Source: Takakia lepidozioides (lineage: Eukaryota > Plantae > Bryophyta). Taken from it: DNA of 64,000 bases. The DNA lies in contig CM060731.1 of NCBI GenBank assembly GCA_030704615.1, positions 28,024,001 through 28,088,000 of the forward strand, written 5' to 3'. The notes beneath the pieces are model-generated. The model worked only from the letters and a program-made list of their open reading frames with translations. It was not told the DNA's origin and ran no database searches. Position numbers and translations under genes: made by a program. This document shows, piece by piece, positions 1-11,976 of this stretch; positions within the stretch are counted from its first letter, which is position 1; each line of letters begins with the position of its first letter.

Positions 1-363
1 TGTAAATAGCGCTATGGAATGTGGGGGCCACATGCACATGGGCAATGTGCAGCTTCTCCACTCAGAAAATGGACAGACAAAAATGCACACGCTGAATCTA
101 GACAAAGAATGTGCTTATGACAGCACACCCCCTTCGAAACCAAACATGCAAATGAGGGACAGACCTACAAAGCACGGAAGAGACAGAACAGAAAGAAGAA
201 GAATATTGACACGCAATTAGATCTGCCAAGTATTTAGACAATCCCTCCCCGGATCATGGCCCCTAATGAAGTCCACATGATACTGTTTGGCACTCATGAG
301 GTTGTGCTCACCTTCGGAAATAAGTGGTGAGAGACTACAAATATGCCCATAAAATGCACTCAC

Positions 364-1119
364 AGATGGAGACGGTGTGCATGCACCACGTTTTTTTCCT
401 GCGTGCGCCATTGTGCCTACATCTGCGTCCTCCGACATGGAGTCGGCTGAATCCCCAATCCCTTCCTGTACTGCTCCCTTTTGTGGTGGGAGGTAAGGAT
501 CGTCGTCGTCTATGTCAATAATTACTTTGGGCTTGGTAGTTGTTCGAGTCATGGTGACGAGTCGGGCACTTTGTCTTGCCAGACCTTTGATAGGAGCTCC
601 ACGAGACCGTGCCTTCCGACGCGGTTTCACACCCGTAATCCTGCAAAAATACTTCCATTGCGGCCCACAGGTTACTTGACTATCTCCCCTCTTAAACGAC
701 TAAACACAAGACAAAGCAGCTCATACCCTAATGTTCATAAAGGAGCTGGAAACACAATGAAGTGCCTTACCGCTGTCCCATGGCTGCCAGTCAAATGCGG
801 TTCACTCCCGCCTACTGCTATGAATGCACTCCTATACCCTAAACTATACTCAACTTGCACTTTTCAAGCCTTTTCTACATTCACACCAACAGCGCCGCCT
901 CTCGATCACACCTCATCTATTGTGCAAATGGGAAGAGATCACACTATTAGCCATGCATGCATTGTCAAAGGATTGGGTCACTGAACTGTTCGATCCCTAC
1001 CTTTCGAAGTCCTGCTTCAACTTTGCTGTGGCATCCTTCACGATGGCAATGTTAGCCTCACGTAGCTTCTCGTACTCAGTGAGAGGAGCAATGACTTTGA
1101 CTTCACCATGAATGATCAT
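364..1119 (-). CDS. Spliced accessory gene divergent from the CACTA transposase (exons ~1119-1001 and 640-364; probably continues towards or past the window start)
   Basis: ATG at 1119. Exon 1 ends GAA AG|gtagg at 1001 and joins ttttgcag|G ATT at 640 in the matching phase (…LTEYEKLREANIAIVKDATAKLKQDFER-ITGVKPRRK…). Donor |gtgagt at 363. The LxEYExxRxxNI motif is common in TE-associated and chromatin proteins. Confidence 0.4.
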
Positions 1120-2126
1120 GCAGCTCACTAGCACACACCGCAAGAGGTAGATATATTGTAGAGAGAGCACTGAGGACACAAAGTTGCAGAGACTCTATAG
1201 GGCATTTGCATACTACGAGCTATGAACGTTCAACGTCTGTTCGGCCGTCATGGTGCATATGAGCCACGCATGCAATTACAAGATGACAGACTATGGCAAC
1301 TCGAGGAGGCGTACGCCATATCAAATGGGAACAAGAAAATGCTTTGCAATTGCACTGAATGTCATGGATCCAAATGGCAGTTGTTGGAGACACTGAAGAA
1401 GCACTACCTCAAACATAAGAGGGATCCAACTTTGCGCAGCTGTACTATTCCGGTACATCTGCAGGAAGTACACTGTCCTTCAGGACTTAGCAATCTCCAA
1501 GTTTGAATTTTGAAACCATTTTGGTGTGGTAGTAGTAGCCATAACTTCACCACTCCACATGTCAAAAGTTGATTGACGAGTTGTAGTCATGTAGTTGTGT
1601 CTATGACTGCCCTTTATACACATGTCGATATGTCGTTGGCTAGTTGTAGTCGTGTAGTCATAAACACATATAGGAACATGACTACGTCACTAGAACTATC
1701 TGCCATGTGTCACAATGTTATTGCTCAAATCGAAGTGATGTAGTGATAGCCGTGACTACATTTGTCCACATGTCATAATCTACATATATTGTGAATGAAC
1801 CGTGGGAAACACGAGATGCAGGGACATGTTGATTCTGATGACGAGGACTATCGGGCTGAGTTTCGGCAGGGGCCTAATGAAAGGGAGAACAATACGGATC
1901 ATGAAGGTGGTGTGGAGGCAGAAATTCAACGAGCATTGCAGGATGCTTTTGAGTTTGCGGATGCAAACAGAGAGGATCCGATTAATGGTGGAACTCGGGC
2001 CGAAGACAGCCCCAACGAGGAAGAATCCATGGACAATGCAGAGAATGCAGAGAATGGCCCAAACCTGAGTCACGGAGTTGACCCCAACTACGATACGCTA
2101 TTTCGACAATCTCAGTGTAAACTCTA

Positions 2127-2301
2127 TGTCGTGCGCATACATATCGCTACCCAACTACATCGCTGTCCAAAAAAACACACAACACATGTGCACACCACAC
2201 ACTAGTATACCACTAGTCCACCACTAGTCCAACCACTAGGCTACAACTAGTCAGTCACTAGGCTGCCACTATGCTGCCTATGGCAGTCACTAGTCCACAC
2301 A
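2127..2301 (-). repeat. LTR segment Y (U3-like), terminal copy, 175 bp
   Basis: Direct repeat of 2632-2810 differing by one substitution and two small indels. Reads TG…CA. Confidence 0.95.
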
Positions 2302-2302
2302 A

Positions 2303-2810
2303 TGATAAAGAAGAAGAATACAAGCACAAGCTCATGCGAGCTCACAAAGCTGAAGCATAAACTCATGCATATATAACCTCATCACTCAAATACAAGTCAA
2401 GCCAAGTGCACCCCACGCCATGGGGAATCCACACTACGGCGCCATAGCTAGGCGCGGTGAGGCTCAACTCGAGAAAGATGAGCCTTCTGCGCTTGCCGTG
2501 AAGATAACCACTCCAGGGTCTAAATCTGCCTTGACCCCTGGATTGACACTTGGGCCAATCCCAAATGTCAATATGTAAAAGCTAGCTATTTCCTAGCTAG
2601 TTTCACACTAGTGGTAAAATAACTTGACAGCTGTCGTGCGCATACATATCGCTACCCAACTACATCGCTGTCCAAAAAAACACACAACACATGTGCACAC
2701 CACACACTAGTATACCACTAGTCCAGCCACTAGTCCAACCACTAAGCTACAACTAGTCAGTCACTAGGCTGCCACTATGCTGCCCACTATGGCAGTCACT
2801 AGTCCACACA
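2303..2810 (-). repeat. Complete internal LTR = Y (2810-2632) + GC + X (2629-2303), 508 bp
   Basis: On the minus strand it begins TGTGTGG just after the PPT and ends CTTTATCA. Contains the palindrome GACAGCTGTC at 2626-2635. Confidence 0.9.
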
Positions 2811-2822
2811 ATCGCCCCCCTA
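2811..2822 (-). promoter_or_regulatory. Polypurine tract of the DNMT-Gypsy
   Basis: Minus strand reads AGGGGGGCGAT immediately before TGTGTGG (start of Y). Confidence 0.75.
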
Positions 2823-3070
2823 GCTGGTGCTTAGGTCCCTCTAAGTCCAGGTAGCCACAAGATGTGATAGTGACCATAGCCTCACTAAGTCCTCCACGAC
2901 TATCCCTACTACACTCAAACTCGATAGATCAAGAGGCCGGGTGCAAGAGTTGCCCCATCGTTAGTTGTCGTCTTGCAACCTGTGAACTTGAGCTTGGGAT
3001 CTCATGTATTGACTCCTATGAGCTTGGCCTCCCATGTCTTGTTAGCTACCTCCAGTCATGTCCACTGCCA

Positions 3071-3289
3071 CTATCCCAAGCAGTGTGGACACAACCAATC
3101 TCCGTCAGGAACCTTCTCAAGAGGTGGTGTCAAGCATCCCATATGCCAACCCCTTGAGCATCGATCACACACCAGCATGGTGGCTGCCCATTTGGCAGAC
3201 CCACAGAGCATGCACCTCAAACCTGCAGGTACCACTGCCAAGTTTGGGTCAACTCTGCCATCAACATTGGAAGGTGACATGGCGCACAA
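3071..3289 (-). CDS. PHD finger (C4HC3) at the integrase C-terminus, 1-nt frameshift from IN
   Basis: CMLC…MLVCDRCSRGWHMGCLTPPLEKVPDGDWLCPHC. Confidence 0.9.
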   Translation of the reverse strand: MCAMSPSNVDGRVDPNLAVVPAGLRCMLCGSAKWAATMLVCDRCSRGWHMGCLTPPLEKVPDGDWLCPHCLG

Positions 3290-4360
3290 TTACGCACATG
3301 GTCCTTCCAAGTCATGCCATCCCGACCCTCCAAGATCAGGACCCCTGAGGGCAACACCTCTCGAACCCTCAGAATAACACGCCCTGCAGTAACATCCAGA
3401 GTCGTAGGAGCAGTCTGCTGCAAATAAACATAGTCATCAGGGCTAAACCTCGGAACCCCAGGACGATATCCTCTACCACGTATAGTGGCATACCTCAACG
3501 TATCACGGTGCTGTGCAATGGCAAGGTTCTCAAAAGCCATGGGCATGACTTTCTTGAACAACTCTGCACGCTGATCACATGCACGTACCCACACGTCCGG
3601 GTCGTCAAGGTTAAGGACTTGAGCAGTGTCCCTACGAATGGCTGCAGGCAAATCCGGCTCTCGGCCAAAGAGAAGGAAATATGGTGAGAAGGAGGCAAGT
3701 GATGCTTGTTTGCTGAACCTGTAGCCCATGGCTAACCAAGGAACCTGAAATCCCAATCTCCTAGGTGTCCCTTCTGCAAGCCATACTTGCGCAAACCCCT
3801 CTTCACCGTCTGAACAACTCTCTCTGCTAAGCCATCGGCCTTAGGATGATCCCGAGAAGTGGTGCGGTGGTCTATCAAGGCTTTATCACACAAAGCCTGA
3901 AACTCCCCAAAAACTCTCTCCTTGGTCCGTGAGTACCTCAGCTGGAGCACCAAATCGGCTAAGCACACGATCCAAGAATGCATACGCAGCCCCCTCACTA
4001 GCCTTGTCAGGCAATGGAACCAACTCAATCCACTTGGAGAAGTGCTCCACCATCACCAACACATATTTGTGGTGGCGCATAGTCAGTGGCAACGGTCATG
4101 CGAAGTCAAGACTCCACCTGTAGCCCAATCCCATGATTGGTAAAGGATGCAACTGTGGTGTAGGGGCGTTGAATGAAGCACGCACCCTGTCACACACATC
4201 ATGCACCTAGCCACGAACTGTTGCACCTCTGTATGCATACCACGCCACCAATACTGCCCCTGCAGTAAACTGTGAGTGCGTCGCACTCCAAAATGCCCCA
4301 ACTCCTCATGGGCATGCCGCACTAACCGTGCACGCTGTGTGGGGTGAGGCACAATCCTCA
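3217..4360 (-). pseudogene. DDE integrase (HHCC zinc finger + rve core), frameshifted
   Basis: HEELGHFG…YWWRGM…CMMC; VMVEHFSKW; LTDQGE; DGLAERVVQTVKRGL; FSPYFLLFGREP. Confidence 0.9.
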
Positions 4361-4629
4361 CCCAACCATCCTCCCACACTCGAAGTAGGTGTATCCCCTC
4401 CCACTTGAACCTCTTGGCTCGTTGCAGGATCCGATCCATCTCCCTGGCAGTCACAATGGCTGCCGTGTCTCCCGTGCGGAGGTAGTCCAACACAGCCGAA
4501 TCCTCATGTATATCTCTGGCACCACCTAGCTCATCACTAGCCTCAGGGTCCTCAGACACTCCGTCTACAGTCATCCCTGTTGTAGGTCCAATCTGACCTC
4601 CCGATGCCAAGATACACAAAAATGCAGAT

Positions 4630-6090
4630 GCGTGCCATCCCTGCACCATCTCCTCGTCCGTCTCACCATGCCACCGAGCTCCAGTGTCATCCTGCTGGCT
4701 CATGCATGGATTGCGACTCAATCCATCCGCATCCCGATTGACCAAACCCGGTTGATGCACAACCTGAAAGTCATACTCATGGAGTATAAGTGCCCACCGT
4801 GCAAGCTTCCCCATAAGCTTGTCTGACTCCATCAACCACTTGAGTGGCTGGTGATCCGTGACTAGGGTGAAAAGATTGCCGTATAGATAGCACCTGAAGT
4901 GTGTCACGGCCCACACTGCAGCTAAGCACTCTCCCTCATATGAGTTGTACTTAGCCTCTGCAGCGTTGTTCGAGCGGCTAGCGTAAGCCACTACGAACTC
5001 TCTTCTCTCATCATCCACCTGTGTGAGCACCGCTCCAAGCCCCAACATGCTCCAATCCGTATGCAACTGAAAGGGACGCCCCCTGATAGGTCGTCTCAAG
5101 ATAGGCGCCGAGGTCAACCTCGCCTTGAGCTCTTGAAAAGCTCGTTCCTCCTGCTCATCTTCCCACTGCCACTCCTGGTCCACCTTGGTCAGCTTGGTTA
5201 GAGCCTTTGCAATGGTACTAAATCCCTTGACAAACCGTCTATAATAGTTTGCCAACCCCATGAAAGCTCGAACTCGGCTCACATCCGTGGGGCGTGGAAT
5301 TTGTGCAATGGCCTCTACCTTAGTTTGCTATACCCCCAATCCTCCATGATATATCATGTGACCCAGATACTCAATCTGGTTGTGGAAAAACTTGCACTTC
5401 CCCGGATGCAACTTCAATCCGTGCACTCTCAAGCACTCCAATACCACCTGAAGGTGTCTCTCATGCTCCTCCATCGTAACACTAAAGATGATGATGTCAT
5501 CTATGTAGCACCGAGCAAAGTCCACCCCTGCTAGAATCCTATCCATGACTCTCTGAAACTCTGCAGGAGCATTCTTAAGCCCAAATGGTAAGAACCGCCA
5601 ATGGTATAGGCAATCCTTGCCGTGCTCATTGATCCCCCAGAGTCGTCTTCTGCTTGTCCGCCGCCTCCTTGATTGGCAACTGGTGATATCCGGATCGTAA
5701 ATCCAAAGTGCTAAAGGCCTTAGCATGCCCGATGGCATCAAAGATCTCCTCTGGTGTTGGCATGGCATACTTATCGGACTTGGTCTGACGATTTACAGGC
5801 CGGTAATCACCGCACATACGTCTCTCCGTCCAATTGCCATAGACATCCTTCTTGGCTGGCATCACTGTGGCTGAAGCATACTCTCCACCAGAGAGCTCCA
5901 CCAAAACCTGCCTCCCAGAGATCTTGAGTCCTCATCTGAATCAAAGACCTCTCCATGTCACTGTATCTATAGGGTCTCCGAAAGATTGGCGTGTCAGTGG
6001 CCAACTCAATACGGATCTCTTGACCCTTCAGTGCTCCCAAGTCCTTCAAACTGAAGGCAAAGCAATTCCTGTAAGCCCTCAGGAACACCG
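4630..6090 (-). pseudogene. Gypsy reverse transcriptase and RNase H, frameshifted
   Basis: RMCGDYRPVN; LDLRSGYHQ; LPFGLKNAPAEFQR; YIDDIIIFS; LHTDWS…VAYASR…ECLAAVWA…TDHQPL…DADGLSR. Confidence 0.95.
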
Positions 6091-6499
6091 TATACGTCGT
6101 CTCTCTCCTCCGGTGACAAGGGTCCAATGTTAGGCTCCCAATTGTCCTCCGTAACTGCAACCTTAAGTCCAGTGGGCTTAGAGGTAGAGGACGCGTCCAG
6201 TGGTTGCTATGTTGCAACCTCTTGAGCAGTACTCCCTGCCTGCTCAGTCAATGACAAGGCCTCATCCTGCCCCATCATCTCATCCTTGAGGACCTCCTCA
6301 ACCCGAGAAGAATCCCCAACCTCATCCATCACAGCAGCCGCCTTGGCTGCCAACTCCCTCTGAACCTCGAGCACCTGTGTGCCATGGATGCATGAACCCC
6401 GTGGTCCTCACATGCTCGCCCCCACTCAATGCCTGTACCGTCTCGGTAGGCAAAGAGACCATTGAGGGAAGTGTACTCCGCACTCTGCGTTGCTCAGCC

Positions 6500-7460
6500 A
6501 GAGCCAAGCTGATAATCCAGGTCAAGCAATTGAGATCCATTGCTTGCCCCAACACTTGACGACGTGATGCCTCAGAAAGAGACGACACCGCCATGGTACC
6601 AGGGGTAAAACCCATTGCCCGCTCACGCTCGTCAGCATTAGGCTCCACTAACTGCTGCAACTGAGCATCCCACAAGAGGCTAGGTCCACTATCCGGAAAG
6701 CATGCGATCCTGGGAAGCTGAGCAGTGTAGGTAATGTTGCTCGTGGTTGACCCACCTTGTTGACCACTGCCAAAGGCGAACGGTCATCGTGTCTCACACG
6801 CTGAGACTGCCTCCCTGTGTCCAGAATGTTATCCACTGTGAGATGTGCTGGCCGCTGCACCCCATCAAATGCACGCTTGAGCAGTGCGGGTGGCATCAAG
6901 TTAGTCCCATAGCCGTGGACGATGAGCCGTGACCCCACTGTAGCTGCATCTAGCAACACTGCTGATCCAAGCCACGACCAGACTTGATGCACACTAGCCA
7001 TCACCCTGGCCCGAGAATCGCCCATCAGTGGCACATTCTCCAAGATGTATGCTGGAGATACAGCTTGATGAAGCTTGCAAGTGGCGCAAAACCCGCACCA
7101 GCTCCCAAAACAGACCCTACCTCGAGTCTCGCAATCCATTGCCATGCCCGGCTGATGAATGCCCTTGGCAAGGCCAACCTGCCACTACCAGATCAATGGA
7201 GCCAACCCGCTCCAACCTGCGCCCCAGCAACGAAATGTCTGCTGGCAAGGCCTGCTGATATCCACGAATTGCAGACACCGACAAACAACTCAGGGTACCG
7301 CTGCACCAACTGAGCAACATGGCGAAGTGAAACGCGTCGTGCAATCTCATCCCTCTCCACATACAGGTAACGCCGAACTCGTACACCTGCTTGTAACACA
7401 GCAGCCAATCGGTGCTGATCCCGCCAAACAAGTCCAGAAGACAAATGCCTTCATCCGGAT
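6500..7460 (-). pseudogene. DNMT3-like C5 cytosine DNA methyltransferase domain embedded in pol between protease and RT
   Basis: Motifs in canonical order: I LLDLFGG (~7420-7440), II YLYVE, IV AGWPCQG (~7162-7179), VI YILENV (~7032-7049), VIII AHRPRL (~6910-6927), IX/X ERERAMGF…RRQVLGQAMD. Split by frameshifts. Confidence 0.9.
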
Positions 7461-9287
7461 ACTGCCACACAATAGGTGTGGTGTCCAATGGAGACAATTG
7501 AGGTGGTCCTGGTGCAATCCCCACACTCTCCTCCTCTCCTGACGGTACAAAAGCCTCCACCCAGGCTTGTTGCACCCGTCGATCAGCATCCCGCTGCAAA
7601 TCCTTGCTCGTGCCCCACAATGGAGTCTGAGCAACCATGGTAGGCAACTCCGCCATACCATACATGTCATCATGCTCTCCCGGAGGTGGTACATCCTCTG
7701 AATGAGCATTGCCCTCAAGCAACTCTCTAGGCCAACTCACTGCCATTGTGAATGCTGCTAGTGCCGGCATCTTGCCTCGCTGGGCAACCGCAACTCCTCC
7801 TATGAACGTCACAGGGAGCTGCACACGCCGGCCCTCCCCTGACTGCCATGCAGGCCTATAGGAAGCTGACTCCTCCAAAAAATCCAGGGTGAAGCCCATG
7901 GGGTACAACACTGCCCCACCAACCAGGACATCGTATGAGACCGCGTCTGTCACAATGGCCTTGGCTCGCATCACTGAGCCATCTGTAGGGTGATCCGGCC
8001 GTAGTCTGATAGCCAACTCACGCCGTGTCATGCCCCGAGCTTGCTCCGATCCTCCCAGAGACGTCTGTATCTGGAAAGGACAAGGCTCCATATCCGCCTC
8101 CGTGAGGCCCAAGCCTGCAATAGCAGCTCTGCCCAGCATCAGTGGCTGAACTCCCGAGTCCAACAAGACCCGCAGTGGCCGGTACCTCTTGCCTGCCGGT
8201 CCACTCAAACAGAAAATGTTATCCTGGTTGTCTAACATGACAACTCCAGGTGTCACCATGGCGCGCTCAATGGCTGGCCTAGCTGGCAGCTCCATCAACC
8301 TGGCAGCTGCAGCTTGCCATGGCGCCGCCGTGGCAGTCTTGACCCTCAAATCCGAGGATCCCTCCGGCACTACACCTCCCACTATCTCCGCAGAAGATGA
8401 AGTAACCTCCCCACTCTCACAGAGTGTAGCTGCCAGCCTGAACACCTCAGCTGGTCTTACCCCCAGTGTCGCAATCATGGTAGCCGAGAACAATGGAGCC
8501 TGGCACACAGATGTGGCCGCTCCTAGCAGCACACTAGCTGCCGTAGCCTTGGCAACACTAGGTAGTGGTGCTACCAGTGTAGCTCTCCCCAATGGCATAG
8601 TAACCTCCGCCTCGGTAACAATCGGGCGAGAACTAGGTGCCATGGATGGCATCGACACTGTCTCCACCAATGTGAATGACTGAGGAAGCCTAGCCTGACG
8701 GCTTGCCTCCCCACGCTGTGGATCCAACTCCACCTCTGCACCTCGTGGCTCAGGAACTCGTGCTGCTCCTCGAGTCACGGCTGCAGCAGACTCCACTGCA
8801 CTAGTGGTAGTGCTGCCCCACACATGAATCCCATGCCTCCCATATCTCCTCCCTCAGGAGTAGGAGGTGGACCATCCGGCCTTAGAGCCGGTACCACCTG
8901 AGCTGTAGCCATGGCAGCGAGCCTCTGCTCTAGCTGCTGAAGCCGGTTGGCCATGCCTTGGTCAACACCCTGACCTCCGCGTCCTTGGCCACGTTGAGCT
9001 TGCCCTTGGCCTCGTGGCTGGTCACCTCGTCCTCTCTGGGCTGCTCCACCTCGCCCCCGGCCACCATTGTTCCCTTGGAACTGGCCTGGGCGCAACTCAG
9101 GATGCAAACCATAACACTGGGCCTCTCCATGCCCGTGCTTGCCACAATGTCCACACTGCAACTGTGCAGGCTGTGCATGTGCCGACCCTTTGCCAGTATG
9201 GAGGGGATCCAAACACAAGAAATCAGAACGACAACTCCCCCACACCAAAAACAACTCCACGGTGTTGCTCCTGCAAGGACACCCCAA
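7461..9287 (-). pseudogene. Gag C-terminus (CCHC zinc knuckle, G/R/Q-rich) and aspartic protease
   Basis: CGHCGKHGHGEAQC (ORF 8775-9287); LRVLLDSG and YDVLVGG (ORF 7117-8823). No capsid domain recognised upstream. Confidence 0.8.
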
Positions 9288-9589
9288 CCCAAACCCGGAC
9301 TAACTCTTGCCTCCACCTACGGAAAGGTCTTGGCCTAATGAGAGGGTGGAAACTACAAGGAAGAGAAGCTAAAGCAATGCCTAACCCCAACATGCCCTCA
9401 TCCCAACACTCTTCATCTCCTCTCTTTCCTCACTTGCATGACCATGGGAGTATCATGAAGATACTCCTCATACCGCCCTCCACGAGCTTCAAAATTCGGC
9501 CTTCCAAACCACATGCCAGTCCTTAGGCAGTCCACCAGTGCCTCCACGAGTCAGCACAGGCCGTCCACAGGTCAACACGGGCCACCACA

Positions 9590-10445
9590 GACCAGCACAG
9601 GCCCACACAGCTCACTGGTCACAACCGTCACAGTCCCACAGGCCACTGGGCACAGCCTGTCACAGCCCCTCATAGCCCGTCACAGCTCGCCACAGCCTGT
9701 ACAGCCGTCACAGCCCCACACGCCACTGGGCACAGCCAGTCACAGCCCGCACAGCCCGTCACAGCCCCACAGGCCACTGGGCACAGCCTGTCACAGCCCC
9801 GCATAGCCCGTCACAGCCCCACAGGCCACAGGCACAGCCTGTCACAGCCCCTCACAGCCCGTCACAGCCCCACAGGCCTCAGGCACGGCCTGACACAGCC
9901 CCTCATAGCCCGTCACAGCCCCAAAGGCCTCAGGCACAGCCCGTCACAGCCCCATAGGCCACTGGGCACAGCCAGTCACAGCCCCGCACAGCCTGTCACA
10001 GCCCCTCATAGCCCCAAAGGCCACGGGCACAGCCTGTCACAGCCCCTCACAACCCCTCACAGCCCCAACGGCCTCAAGCACGGCCTGTCACAGCCCCTCA
10101 CAGCCCGTCACAACCTCAAAGGCCTTAGGCACGGCCTGTGACAGCCCCTCACAGCCCATCACAGCCCCAAAGGCCATGGGCACAGCCTGTCACAGCCCCT
10201 CACAGCCCGTCACAGCCTCAAAGGCCTCAGGCACGGCCTGTGACAGTCCCTCACAGCCCATCACAGCCCCAAAGGCCATGGGCACAGCCTGTCACAGCCC
10301 CACAGGCCAATGGGCACAGCCTGTCACAGCCCATCATAGCCCCCAAGGCACCGGCACAGCCCGTCACAGGCCCTCACAGCCCGTCACAACCCGAAGGCCA
10401 TGGGCACAGCCTGTCACAGCCCGTCACAGCCCATCACAGCCCCAT
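9590..10445. repeat. Minisatellite of TCACAGCCC-like subunits with ~50-bp higher-order units, inside the DNMT-Gypsy leader
   Basis: Many iterations of ggcacagcctgtcacagcccctcacagcccgtcacagccccaaaggcc. Confidence 0.95.
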
Positions 10446-10899
10446 CCATGGCCGCTCTGGCAGTTTAGCCATTTCTCCAAGGGGTTTAGCCACGCCAGCT
10501 AGGGTTTGTGTCTCTTGGACTCTAGGCTTCTTTCCACCGAGCTATGGCGGCTGTGAGGAAATCAGCAAGGTATTCTTGCTCTTTCAGCTCCCACACACCA
10601 CCATAGTAGCCCTAAGCCATGAGGTGGTTGCCACAAACCAAGCCTTCTTTCTCACTTAGCCTCCCCAAACACGCCACTAAACTCAATGGCAAACAACCAA
10701 GCCCTGCTGGTTCCCAGCTCTTGTGAGCACTCATTCAAGCACTCTCCTTGGCCATAACATCTGTCTTAGAGCCTATTCCAGCCCCCTACACCTGCAGCTT
10801 CAAGAGTTGCGCTCCCTTCAAGCTTGAAGTTGAAACCCCAACTCACATAGGCACTACAAGTGCTTTTCTTTCACTCCAAGTGGAAACCAGCCCTAGACC

Positions 10900-11300
10900 T
10901 TCCATTCTAGCTCTCTAAAGCTTGAAAACAAGAGCCTCAATGGGCTGAAGGCATGCTCCACACATGCCCCACTCTCACCATAAGAGAATCAGCTCCTTTG
11001 CTTCATTTCTTGCACCCACAAACCTGAAAATACAAGCTTCAGCAGGCTGAAAGCATGCTCCACATGCCCTACAGGGAAACCAGCCCCTTCCTTCCTTTCT
11101 TGCACTCCCACACCTGAAAGTGCAAGCCTTCACCAGGCTGATAGCATGCTCCACACATGCATTGCCCTCACATAAGGGAAGTCAGCCCTTCCCTCTTCCT
11201 TGCTTGCCCTCCAAGCTTGAAGATGGAAGCTTCAATGAGCTGAATACATGCTCCACACATGCAACCTCTTCACACAAGAGATATCAGCCCCTATCTTGGC
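10900..11300. repeat. Degenerate tandem repeat (about 4 copies) with core GCTGAxxGCATGCTCCACACATG
   Basis: Core seen near 10945, 11046, 11137 and 11239. Confidence 0.75.
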
Positions 11301-11960
11301 TCCTTGGCTCCTTGATGCTCTCTAAGACAAGACCAAGCACTCCACAGCCTTTGCCAAGCTCCTGAAACCCTAAGGCTTACATTTCCAGCCACAAGACACT
11401 TCTCTTGTGGTGCAAGAACTCTTCTTCTAAGCTCTGAAACCCTAGGTGCACATTCCATGGCCTTGCCGCACCTCTTAGCTCCTGTTCCAGCCCTGCTCTC
11501 GCCATGACAAGAGCCCTCTCAATGCTGAAGCTCGAGATTGAAACCCAATCTCACCATACTCCACAAAGTGCACTGATTTGCCCCAAGCCAAATCAGCCCT
11601 TTCGCTTGGTCTTGCAATCCTTCACACAATGAAAGCTCGCATTCCCAAGTCCAGTTCTCAGCTTTGCCACCAAAGCCACTATAACCTCCTCGTGACTGGT
11701 CCTCTTCCCAATCGTGCTTGCTCGTGCATGTACACAATCTGAAACCATCAAGGTGCTCTGGAATTACCTGCAGTATGGTGCTTTCATCTCTGAAGCTGAA
11801 GATCGAATGCCAAGGTTTACCACCTCGTAACCCACATCGCCTCCGCTTCTAACAACCAAGAGCTCCACGGAGCTCCTTGCATAACAACTTGGTTTCTCTC
11901 ATTCTCAAGCAAAAACCACAAGTGCTACAACTAACTCGTATCTAGCACTCATAGATACGA

Positions 11961-11976
11961 GCTGATCTTTCTCGAG
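11961..11976 (-). promoter_or_regulatory. Non-tRNA primer-binding site, putatively self-priming
   Basis: Directly abuts the end of X and has no TGG. Inverted complement of 12142-12157 inside X (15/16 nt, 12 contiguous). Confidence 0.65.

Noticed and set aside
2625-2636. LTR palindrome as a KNOX/TALE site (TGACAGCT) linked to the KNOX gene in this window
   Set aside because: A short match explained by the TGTC/GACA termini. Nothing supports a functional link.
2127-2810. Independent TRIM (Y-X-Y) or nested solo LTR explaining the extra repeats
   Set aside because: Neither Y…Y nor X…X has its own TSD. Only the whole 2127-12303 unit does.
9590-10445. CRISPR-like array
   Set aside because: No unique spacers, no cas genes and a eukaryotic context.
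9513-10659. Pro/Gln/Ser-rich plus-strand ORFs
   Set aside because: Translations of the minisatellite, antisense to the element.
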